NCBI GenBank assembly: GCA_951406725.2
Contig: OX597814.1
Location: 39,060,001-39,124,000 of the forward strand
Reading direction: 5' to 3'
DNA: 64,000 nt
Origin: Octopus vulgaris
Lineage: Eukaryota
How positions within the stretch are numbered: position 1 is the stretch's first letter; each line of letters begins with the position of its first letter. Below the pieces are notes generated by a model that saw only the letters and a list, made by a program, of their open reading frames with translations, was not told where the DNA came from and did no database searches. A program made the position numbers and the translations under genes. Below, in pieces: positions 53,083 to 64,000 of the stretch.

Positions 53083-53221
53083 AGAAGAAGAAGAAGAAGA
53101 AGAAGAAGAAGAAGAAGAAGAAGAAGAAGAAGAAGAAGAAGAAGAAGAAGAAGAAGAAGAAGAAGAAGAAGAAGAAGAAGAAGAAGAAGAAGAAGAAGAA
53201 GAAGAAGAAGAAGAAGAAGAA
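53082..53221. repeat. (GAA)n microsatellite, ~46 units
   Basis: Direct reading. Confidence 0.97.
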
Positions 53222-53719
53222 GGAGCAGAGCAGCAGAAAGATGGATGCCCACTGAAGCTCTCTAATTTATGAAAAATTAATCGATTAACACCGCCAAAAC
53301 AAAGCTGAATTTTATCAGAAACCAGTTAGAAAAGATGTTAATTTCATAAAAAATATGGTAATAAAACATTTTACACATTACTTTTGAGTATCACGTGTAA
53401 TTATTGATAGAAATAATATGTGCGTAAAACCACCTATGAAAATATGAATCATCCTTTAACGGTGGTAATGATAATGATAACGGTAGTCATAATAAAGTTA
53501 ATAATGATGATAATGACAAGAATAATATGCAGTGTCCTCATCAGTTTCTGTAAGTGACCAAGCAAGGGCTACGAAGGTCAAATGTATTTTCCATATATTT
53601 ATCAAATTATTTTGTCTTGCTGTCCTCGAAATTTTGAAGATGCTAAAATTGCTCGTTTAAATCTTGACGAGCTGCAGTCACAGATTATAATCTGAGTGTC
53701 TGCTAACTAACCATTGACA

Positions 53720-53729
53720 CTACTATTAT

Positions 53730-53780
<51 letters not shown>

Positions 53781-53791
53781 AACTACTACTA
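53720..53791. repeat. (CTA)n microsatellite
   Basis: Direct reading. Confidence 0.9.
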
Positions 53792-53999
53792 CGCATATTG
53801 TGATCAGCAATGATAGCAGTTGTTGATTCTTTTAACTGGCTACAGAACTTCAGCAGCCGTAGCTCAAAGATAAAATAAAAACAATAAGAACAACAAAATC
53901 AAAACCGCAATCTCTGTGTGTGCGTGTGCGTTTGTGGGGGAGGCTATAGAAAGCAAACTAGACCGAGATAAAATCAAGAACAGCACCAGGAACAACGAT

Positions 54000-54150
54000 A
54001 CCAGTGCGTAGCTGGTACTTAATTTATCGACCCCGAAAGGATGAATGGCAAAGTCGATCTCGTGGGAATTTGAACTGAGAACGTAACGACAGACGAAATA
54101 CCGCTAAGCAATTCGCCCGGCGTGCTAACGTTTCTGCCAGCTCACCGCCT
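54000..54150 (-). mobile_element. SINE family B, well conserved, 3'-truncated
   Basis: Minus strand aggcggtgagctggcagaaacgttagcacgccgggcgaattgcttagcggtatttcgtc...gttcaaattcc...cattcatcctttcggggtcgataaattaagtaccag. Confidence 0.9.
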
Positions 54151-54199
54151 TATAATAATAATAACAACAATAATAATAATAATCAGAAAGTAAGAGAGA

Positions 54200-54443
<244 letters not shown>

Positions 54444-54559
54444 AATGAATGAAATAATGGAAGACAAGTGACATATGTAGTTGAATACAAGGTAGAACAC
54501 ATTCCTTCTTAGTCATATGTCTTTACATTATTTGAACGTTTGTCTGTCTGCATATTCGT

Positions 54560-55531
54560 TGAGTCTTCTCTGACATTCTACATTCATCTCTTGTTTGTTT
54601 TTATTTTGTTTTTTGTTTTGTTTTTTTTTTGCGTTTTTTCTACTATCAGGGATTTCTTACTTTAGTTTTATATCTGCCAGCATTTGCGATCCCACCGTTT
54701 TTCCATTTCTTTGTTCACTTTTATCTTCTTTCCGTTTCACTTTCTTTCACTCAGTTCCTACCTCGCTCGTTCTTTACCAACCTATCAGCTCTCCGTGCAA
54801 TTCTTCCGAATTGTTTAACACAATGAACAAATTATATTTTCTTCGTCAATTTCATCTTCTTTGTTTCTTCCCTCTTTTCGTTATATCCCCCCCATTTCAG
54901 TCTCTCTTTTTACAACTCTCTTATATTTTCACTCTTAATCGTTATATCTCTGACGTTTTTCTCTCTCCCTTTCTCTCTAATAATTCTAATATGTCTTCAG
55001 ACATTTTACATCTATGATTCTAATCTCTTAAATCAATTTTATTTCTTTCTCTATATTCTAATTCAAATGTTCAACGCCCTTTTTCATCTCACCTACATTT
55101 TTCTTCTCTCTTCATCATAGTTTTCTCGATGTCTCTAACATCGTTACCTCCTCTTCTCCTCTTCCTCCGCCTAATCCACCTCTCTTAATCGTCCCTCCTT
55201 CTGATCCTCCTCCTACAACTACTTCTATAACCGTTTTACGATTACTCTAATTTATTTATACTTTTATTTCTATAACTTGTGGTTCAAATTTTATATTCTT
55301 TCCATCTCGTTCCTCTTCTCGTTCTCGCTTTCCTTTTGTTTTCGTCCTATCTCATTCGGTTTTCACACTCTATAATATTTGGTTGCATATTTATTTGAAT
55401 TTCTCGTACACTTAGCGCTTTCTTTTAATGCTATATACCCTAGTTATCATTTTTATGGTTGTTCACACACCTCTTTCTTTCTCACTTTTCTCACTTTCTC
55501 GTTCCCATCATCTATATTATTCACCCACCTG

Positions 55532-55570
<39 letters not shown>

Positions 55571-55755
55571 TTAGCTGTTTCATTTGCCTTTTATTTTCTC
55601 TTCTCTCATTCATTTCGTTCTTTTTCCTTGCTTTCATTGTTTCCCTAATTATTAATTCACCAACTGAAAAATTTTGCCCACTCACTATTATTATTTTACT
55701 CTTATTTATTTTTCATCTTACTCTCTCCGTTACAGTTTAGGCTCACTGTCTTCCC

Positions 55756-55817
<62 letters not shown>

Positions 55818-55950
55818 TCTTCATCCGTTTTTAATCTTTTCAACACAAAATATTGTTGCTCATTTTTTCTTTCTCCAAACACAATTTTTCATAACTCTTT
55901 TTCTCCCTCTCCCATGTTCCTCACCTCACACCATCATCTCACCAATCGCC
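54560..55950. repeat. Pyrimidine-rich low-complexity tract with (CT)n runs
   Basis: Plus strand strongly T/C-biased over ~1.4 kb. Confidence 0.75.
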
Positions 55951-56938
55951 CGTAACATCATTAGCGAAGCGTGCAATAAAAGTATGGAAGCGCTAAAGAT
56001 GAACTGATTGTAAGGTTAAATGTCGTCTGCTTTATTAACCTCGCAGTGCAATCGTGTGTGAAAAGGAAAATTCCAGAAAATGTAAATATAATATATAACC
56101 CCTTTCATTTTCTCATTATGAAGGGAGAAAATATGGTGCTGTTCTTCTTGAAAATATTTGTTGAATGTGATTATTCAATAATATTTTTTTGCCCTCCTGA
56201 AGGCTGTAGTACGTTATTGTATTATACCATATAGATTCCTCCTCAAGTTCACACTTTTGTTCATATTAAATTTACTATGTTGATCTGCCCCTTTTAGACT
56301 TGTTTCCTACTACCTTCAAAACCAAACACTTTCTAATCCAATTTTCTAATGTATACCTTAATGATATGATTATTACTTCAATCAAAATGTTCTCTCTCTC
56401 TCTCTCACTCTCTGGATATATATATAACATGTTTCTGTATTTATGAATGTATGAATGGATTTACATATGTATGTGTAAAGCCGTATATTTGTTTATCTCC
56501 CGATCAACATATTAATGCTTATCTATATATCTATCTATACTTGTATCTAGTTTCTCCTACTTGATTATTGAACGTCTGAATTATTGAATTCTAGACGATC
56601 ATTTATATTTTGTTTGCAGTTATGTATCCTACGGTGATTTTACCGTGGCTCATTTGCATTTTTAACGCTTGCTACATGTATTTCCTTTCATACTTATAAA
56701 TATAATACATACCAATTTCACACATTTACTTATCTCCGCTTTTCTGAGCATATATAAATATGATTCCTCTCCTCATTTTCGACTGTCTATTGTTTTACAT
56801 TCAGGACTCATTTCTGAATGTTTTTATTTCTCACCCACTCAACATATTCACCTACGTCATTTTGTGAATCTATTTTTGAACTGCGGGATCTCAGTAATGC
56901 ATTGGGTTTAAATATTAATGCACTACTATTTCATTTAT

Positions 56939-56991
<53 letters not shown>

Positions 56992-57311
56992 CATTTCATG
57001 GGCGTTCCAAAGCTGAATTCATGTGTATGATATTGAAATACCTTTTGTATTCCTGCTGCTGATATTGCGAGCAGTCAAACCTACGTCTCAAGCCGTTCAA
57101 TAGATTAAATCATATATCTATTTGAAAAATTGTATATCCAACACTTCTGAATGGCTTCAATTATTAAGACAGTGCGATATTATTCAAGGTAGATTTATTT
57201 GATATTAGAATCTCGGTGAATGCTTACCTCGAGGATTTATCTTTGACTTCTATATTTGGCTTTTGATATTCTATAAAACACATCATCTCAATGCTTAACG
57301 AGGTGCGTTTT

Positions 57312-57592
57312 CAGGATTTTAAAACACAATAACGCAATCGTAATAGACATTCGAAAAAGTACATGGAGCTTCGGAGAGAATACAAAAGCGTCGAAAAATT
57401 AAACAAAGGGAAGAGGGAATAGAAAAGAAACATGTCCTAGAGAAGATGCCAGGAGACTTAATAAAGTAAAATCATACCATCTTCCATCGTAGGGCTTTGA
57501 GTCTATAGGCAAAAGCCTATTGACTTCGTTTATTTTTTGGACGCTTTTGTAGTCACTCTGATAAAGTTCCATGTACTAGTTCCAAAATCCTA
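57312..57592. repeat. Decayed inverted repeat (MITE-like)
   Basis: aggattttaaaac...agtacatggagctt...tacaaaagcgtcgaaaaattaaac vs gtttattttttggacgcttttgtag...aagttccatgtact-agttccaaaatcct. Confidence 0.65.
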
Positions 57593-57899
57593 TAAAGATG
57601 AAGAATATTATAGTCGTAATTCTTTCGTAGATACAGAGTGGCAGTGGAAGCGGAAAAGGCTGTAAGAATTGTTTTGTCACAGAAATGTCATACAATGTTT
57701 TGTATTGGAAAATCATTTACAGATGTGGTCTAATTGATTTGCTTGTTGATCCAAAGTTTTCTCCATTTTCTGACCATTGAAATTTGATGCCTGATAAACT
57801 TTTGTTCATTCTGTTGTTATCTACGAATATAGTGTGCCTGCATACCCATGCCAAGAGATAATACAGGTAACTGGTAACGATAGTAAATACGATAGTAAA

Positions 57900-58232
57900 T
57901 ACATGGTTTCAGTTTCATCTTGAGCACGTGTCTTCTACTTTAGCTTCAGGCCAAGCGAAGCCTTGTGAGTTGATTTGGTAGAGAGAAATTGAAAACCTAC
58001 CGTAATATGCATGTGTGCTTGTCTACCTGTCTTTTTGTCTGTGTTTGCACCCTACCATCGATTGAAACTAATATAGGTGTGTTTTCATCCTTGTAACTTA
58101 GCGATTCGGCAAAAGCACTTGGTAGAAAAGAACTCGTCTTAATAATATAAGTGCTGGGTTTGACTCTTTCTTCTAACATTCCTTTAGGGTGGTACCCTAA
58201 CACGTCCGCAGTCTAATGACAAACGAATAAAT
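57900..58232 (+). mobile_element. SINE family A, degenerate
   Basis: cttgagcacgtgtcttctactttagc...agccttgtgagttgatttggtaga...gtaacttagcgattcggcaaaag...ccgcagtctaatgac. Confidence 0.8.
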
Positions 58233-58790
58233 ATGTAGTAACTCAAATTGTCATCTTCATTTTTATGAGCAATTTGCAATGTAAATCACTGACGATTATG
58301 TAATTTTGGTTTCAGACATAGTATGCAAACTTTACGCTTAGTAAGCAGTACAAATATTAGTGTTCACAAATCTCTTTTCCTCAGCACACAAGTATACACA
58401 CAAACACACATAGATACGGACCACTACATTCGTAAATATATACACACACACTCACACACCCACACATGTTTATATATATATATATAATGTTTGGAGTACA
58501 AACATCAAATTCTAGTCAACGATTTATATAACACTTCGCTTCCATACATTTGATCCATACATTGGATTCAATACATTGATAAATATGACCATGGCATTTA
58601 ACATATAAAGAATACATACATTAAAACTTTAGAAGGCAAACATTTTATAATCTACTAAAAATGCATATATATATATATAACGGCCTACGAAGAAGGTATA
58701 TACAATCGACTGAAAATTCTAAGGCGTGTCACGCATTGAAAAATCTAAATGAAATAAAATAACAATCAACTAAAAAAATTTCTTACTCAC

Positions 58791-58846
58791 CTGAATTTGA
58801 AATATGTCAACAAATTTTATTTCATAAAGCCAAGGTAGGCTGGAGT
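58791..58846 (-). other. Candidate 56-nt internal exon
   Basis: Acceptor tcttttacgctcttag and donor CAG|gtgagtaag; one open frame (SSLPWLYEIKFVDIFQIQ); no recognisable homology. Confidence 0.35.
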
Positions 58847-61279
58847 CTAAGAGCGTAAAAGAGTACCAGAAATTCAAGTTAAACACATGTATGACTATTT
58901 CGGGAGTTCACTGCAGCGGTTCGATTACGAGTTAAGGTGCATCTCGGCAGTGACCCCCACATAAGAATGAACAGGTATCTCAACTATTAGTTGTTCACGG
59001 GAATTACAAAACGTCTTCTTACCTGATGAAAAGATAATAATCTATCTTAAGACCAGTCCAAATTTTGTAACAAGATTTATTTTCTTTTCTATGTGTTAGA
59101 AAAGTTGAACTGGTCCTACGATAGATTATTATCTTGATTTGTTCTCTTATAAATGCTTGTATTTTTAATCTCTGTCTCAATTTCATTTGAGCACTTCTTT
59201 TATGCAAAAATCATTTTGTCGAGCAACAGGTCATTTTAAGTTAAGAGAGCTCCGCGTTTTTATGGATATGCAGTTGAGTTGATGTGAGGGCTGAACTGTC
59301 GATGTATGTGCATCTATTCACATAAGAATCTCACATAGAAAATTTCTAGAATGTTATACAAATATTCACCGTGCCACTAATATATTGGATTTGTAGAGCC
59401 TGCGTTTATTCGTTTTGCACTTCCTCTGTGTAACCGAATATTTTGTGTAAATTTATTGGTGCATAATATAATGCACTTATGTTGGTATGTACAATTCATA
59501 ATTTATATTCAGATGACAAAAGCTGCATGTTCCGCATTTGGTCGCCATAAATGTTGTCTCTGTATGTTTGTCTGCAGACATGCATGTGTATGTGTGTATG
59601 TTTGTAGGTAATAATACATGTATTTATATGTAGTAATGTATATGCTGAGAAATCTGTTGGAAGTACTGTACTTAGAAGATGTGTTATATTGAGATGCTTT
59701 AATGTGCACCAGGCCTTACAGAGAATCTTAGAAGTGCTGTTTTAATCCAGTCTCTCACCTTGTAAACAAAGGTAGATGCGTGCGTCTACATCTACATGTA
59801 CTTACGCACTTCTTTGCTTGTCCTTGCATCATGATGCGGGACTTTGAAACACAAATGTGACTGACATAGACACAGTCTCAATTTCCTCTTTAATAGTGAA
59901 TTGTGACTTGTTAATATAGGATCGTTTTGCCAATGTTACATAAGTTTTGTTTAATGTAACAGAATTTACAATAGTACCAATATAGTAACATAATAGTAAG
60001 GGCGCAAATAAGAATAATTTGAACAATAGATATATCAAGAACAACGAAAACAGCAACGACTTATATACATCTAGTAACTGAATTATTTCACGACAGTACG
60101 TTTCTTTCTTTCACTTATGTGTTGTATCATATAATCCAATATTAAAAAGTCGTAATTAATTGCACTCAGAAATTCGTAACCTAATGAGTCTATTGACAAG
60201 TGCCAAGGCGGTAATCTATATCGAATAGAAAACCTCTTGTGATCAACGATAAATTGTCCAAATTGTTTGTCTCCAGAACATTATACATCTATCAAAAATA
60301 AGTATTTAACACTTATAAAAGATATTTCTCTTGCCAAGCCGTTAATAATACGAAAGATTAATATTTAAGTATTCGTTTACGACAACAGGGGTTCGTATTT
60401 GGATATACAGCAATTCTCTAATCGTTTTATTGTATGTTGTTCTATCAAAGCTAACATCTTTATTTGATGTAAACTACAATCAATTCTCACAGAAACTCGA
60501 ACCAAAATAGCATCAAGATATAAACAACCTAATCGATTGCTGCTGATAATATCTAAGCGTTAGAGGTTACTAATATTGTGTCAGGAAAAAAATACACGGT
60601 TTCCTTCAAAGGAATATATATTACTGCTTAAACAACCTACTATACATGAACATGATATGAAAGCCACTCGTAATTTGTACAAAATCTTAAATTGCATTTC
60701 CATGTGATGCGCAGCTGTAGAAAGGCCACTGTCCTTCTAGTTTATAGTCATACTAGGAACAGAGGTAAACAGATGTTGGCGTACCCCTTATAATTTAGTT
60801 TGTAAAGACCTGACGAACCTAATCGTTATGCAAGTGAGCCAAGCTGCGCATATCTATTTACGATAAGTATGGCATATCATAATATTAATTAGAAACAACG
60901 CAATCTTTAACATGACCGCATAATAATCTCAAAACGGGTTTTGTAGCAAATTAGGGGATCACCGGAATTGATTGAACGAAAAAGAAATTGTAATGATTCC
61001 GGGAAATGTCGCAAAGAAAAAGATAGATAATTCATATGTAAAGCAGTGTACAACTTTCATGGAAAGCTTTTCGAAATCTTACTGTGACATTTGTGTGTCA
61101 ATGTTTAAAATAAGTTGAAAAAGATGTCGACAACTGAATTCATATTTGACTCCAATAGTGGTGTAAATTTCAAGTTTATTGTCGATATCTCATATGCCCT
61201 TGTTGATGTCGTTCATGAGACATGTAAATTTCAAAACGGTAACAATTGTATTAAATTATATCATATCGTAAAATATTGC

Positions 61280-63295
61280 TGGTAAGTGGATTTTCATTCA
61301 TTGCACTTGTGACGTAATTATGTCAGATTGCATTGTGGACAGTAGCATTATCTACTATTCATTTCATGCCACAATGACTTTCGTGTAAGTAGTCAAGATT
61401 TTAAGTTGTAATATTTTCGGAATGCTTGCTGTAGAACAATTTGACAGCAAAATAAATATTTATTTTCATGATACTCAATTACGTCCCGTTATTCTAGAGC
61501 TTTTTTTAATATTTTCATCTTCAACTTTCAGTTTTCTCCAGCCACCCATTATCGACATTTATTTAAAAACTCAAATAATATCATTATCAGATTTTATAGC
61601 TGATTCGATTTTTTAAAAAAATAACTGGCATTGAACCAAAACTTGATCAATGATTTAATACATTTATTCTTTTTATGACTTTAGTCAAAATAGAAATCAG
61701 GTCCGATTGGTTGCCTTGATAATGTATTAGAGTTTTGTATTAATACGAAGCTTTAGACGGTATTGTATATTTAAAGGATGTCAATGACATTTTCCGACGT
61801 TACAGCATTTACGATGGAAGTACAGATATATTTTTATCCAGTGGGTGTATGTGGATTGTTGGCTTGCGATAGGCGTTTAATTGAAAATGTCGTCCATGTA
61901 TGAATTTGTTCTATTCACGTAGACTGAAAATGATGGCATATCTAGTCCTACTTTATTTATTTGCAAATATTGCTGTTGGTTCAATGTTTTCGTGCTTGAG
62001 TGAATGGAAGTTGAACTGAAATTACACATTGGAATAGAAATGCTTCCACACCGACAAGGAACACATCTGCAACGAAAGTTTGTGGTACATTGTGCATTGC
62101 AATCTCTGCGTATTTTATTTATTTCACTTCAATTCATTAACAATCCTCTGACAATGTAATGGTAATTAGTTTTCGTTAACTCGTAGAAATGTGCCGTAAG
62201 ATTTCATTTGTATTTCATGAATATGAGCTAATATCTGACTTCTCAAGCAGATCCGGAAAACGTTTTCGCAATTTATGATTAGTAATTTCTGATAAGATTG
62301 GTATTTTTCCGGTTGATATTTTCCAGTTTGTGTTGATGCAAGATATTCCAGTTCTCCAAAAATAAATGGTATTGTTCTTTATGGTATATAAGTCATAGTT
62401 TTGTAACCGTTTAAATATTTATTCAAAATTATTCACATTGTTTCCACAGGTCGTTCAGATGGCGATGACATTGTTCCTTTATCCAAGAATATTTTTTCTC
62501 ACTATTTCACCAAGAAGACGCAGAATCTATGACATATATTAGAATCGTGAATGGGATACGTTTAAAATTTTAATGACCATATAGCGTGTTTATCACGCGT
62601 AAATTTGTGGTTCTTCTGACAGTTTGACTGGTAAAGATGTACATTTTAAAATTAACTGCGAAGCGTTTTCTCAACGTTTCAGCTTGTGACGTAATCCATC
62701 ATGTCCAGGTATTAGATAGTGACATTCTACGTTAGTTTTGTTTTGATTTATTTCAATACGGTCATTAGTTTTGAATCTTACAGTTTGGTTTCAATGAAGC
62801 GATAATAGATGAAGATCAGATGCTGTAATAGGACGGTTCTAATATACCGTCTCCTGCTCATTTTCTAATTATTCCTTTCTTACCCAAGTATCTGGAGATA
62901 TTTTGGAATACTTAGCGCATAGATAGAAGCAATAACATTATTGAGCTTTAACAACAGTGGCATTAACTTCCTTAAACCAATTCATTCCGAATAGCTCTAA
63001 CTCCATGTCATAAGCGAATACAACAACTCTCAAGTTTAGTCCCAATTTTAATGTTTAATAGGCATGTTCCTTTTTTTACAGCATTCGTAGTGCTATAATT
63101 GTTTAATTGTAGTGATATAATTTCTGATAGTGGAATCCAAATAATTCTGACAACGTTTCAGTTAATGAAAGTACACCGCATGAAAGGTATCTAATTAGAA
63201 TGTAGTTAATCTGCTAAAACGTAACATTTGTCCATCGCTCCTAGATATAGATATTAAAGAGTGAAGGAATTCACTATCACTTTTTGTTTATTCGG

Positions 63296-63332
<37 letters not shown>

Positions 63333-63480
63333 TATGCCGACCAAAAGTTTGAGTTCATAATTTCGGATTGCAACCGTGCATACATTCACTAAGTCTCCCA
63401 TTTATCCACATGATTTATACGTATTTTCCTCATTGGATAATCTTTCGTTTCTGTTGTGTAAGTCGATGAATATTAGGTAA
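61280..63480 (-). mobile_element. Heavily decayed Ty3/Gypsy LTR-retrotransposon gag-pol (Gag knuckle, protease, RT, RNase H, integrase zinc region)
   Basis: Motifs in Gypsy order on the minus strand: KSCG*MGDLVNVC (~63400), ELFGMNWF (~62990), DGILEPSYYS, VINTLYGH*NFKRIPF (~62580), IFKRLQNYDL, ADVFLVGVEAFL, AIIFSLRE*NKFIHGRHFQLNAYRKP (~61900), NTLSRQPIGPD, LDYLHESHCGMK (~61380); no LTRs identified. Confidence 0.82.
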
Positions 63481-63571
63481 TGTTAAATTCGTTGGTCGTT
63501 GATGTAGTAACCTTGAGTTTGTGTTCAGCTTTTGTACTACAAAGTGTAGATTTGACTACAGTTCATAGATC

Positions 63572-63620
63572 AGAGAGAGAGAGGGAGAGAGAGAGAGAGA
63601 GAGAGAGAGGGGGGAAAGAG
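63572..63620. repeat. (GA)n microsatellite
   Basis: Direct reading. Confidence 0.9.
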
Positions 63621-64000
63621 ATGTAACATATTTCTGCAAGTTGCTTCATCGTGACAATTCGGCGGCATTATCCGTTTAATACAGGCGATGTATGAATTGG
63701 CGGTTTCATACAGGCGATGTCATTTCGGTTAAACAATATGTTTTGTCCATATTGTCATGCTTTCATTCATAAAAAAATATTAATTAGTAACAGTCAGAAT
63801 GTGCAGGGATCTTCTCAAATTCTTAGGGGAGAAAATTTGAATTATTATGCGGTCTGTTTTATGACCCATCCTCTTAAGTAAATAATATCTTTACTCATCA
63901 ACAACCGCAATTGTATTCGCTTTACATTTTGAAATAAATTCCTAAGTTATGATTGCTATCGAATTTCTAATAAATGAGTGCACATGCTTGCATGTATGTT

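Noticed and set aside
63669-63720. Short direct repeat atacaggcgatgt x2 as a possible LTR/PBS feature of the Gypsy element
   Set aside because: No TG...CA LTR boundary or tRNA-complementary primer site was recognisable.

Overview
This is AT-rich, microsatellite-dense eukaryotic DNA. The tRNA-derived SINE families, Penelope-type ends, R4/Dong and CR1 LINEs and very high (TA)n/(ATT)n density point to a cephalopod, most likely Octopus (inference). I found no intact protein-coding gene. Nearly all ORFs in the supplied track are microsatellite read-through or fragments of decayed transposons. The window holds about 15 SINE copies from at least three families, a set of decayed R4/Dong-type (RT + restriction-like endonuclease) LINEs sitting in (TAA)n tracts, and a CR1-type LINE whose 3' tail matches the tail of one SINE family. 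It also holds mariner fragments, MITE-like fold-backs, a probable non-autonomous Helitron and a heavily decayed Ty3/Gypsy gag-pol on the minus strand (~61.3-63.5 kb). The most notable structures are two copies of an inverted-repeat cassette with a minimal type I hammerhead-ribozyme motif in each arm (12.65-13.04 kb, 46.23-46.56 kb), and a second hammerhead-like family whose two copies share a non-canonical core (CUGUNGA). A cluster of strong minus-strand splice sites at 58.8-59.8 kb may mark a spliced, probably non-coding transcript. All family assignments come from reading motifs by eye, and boundaries are approximate.
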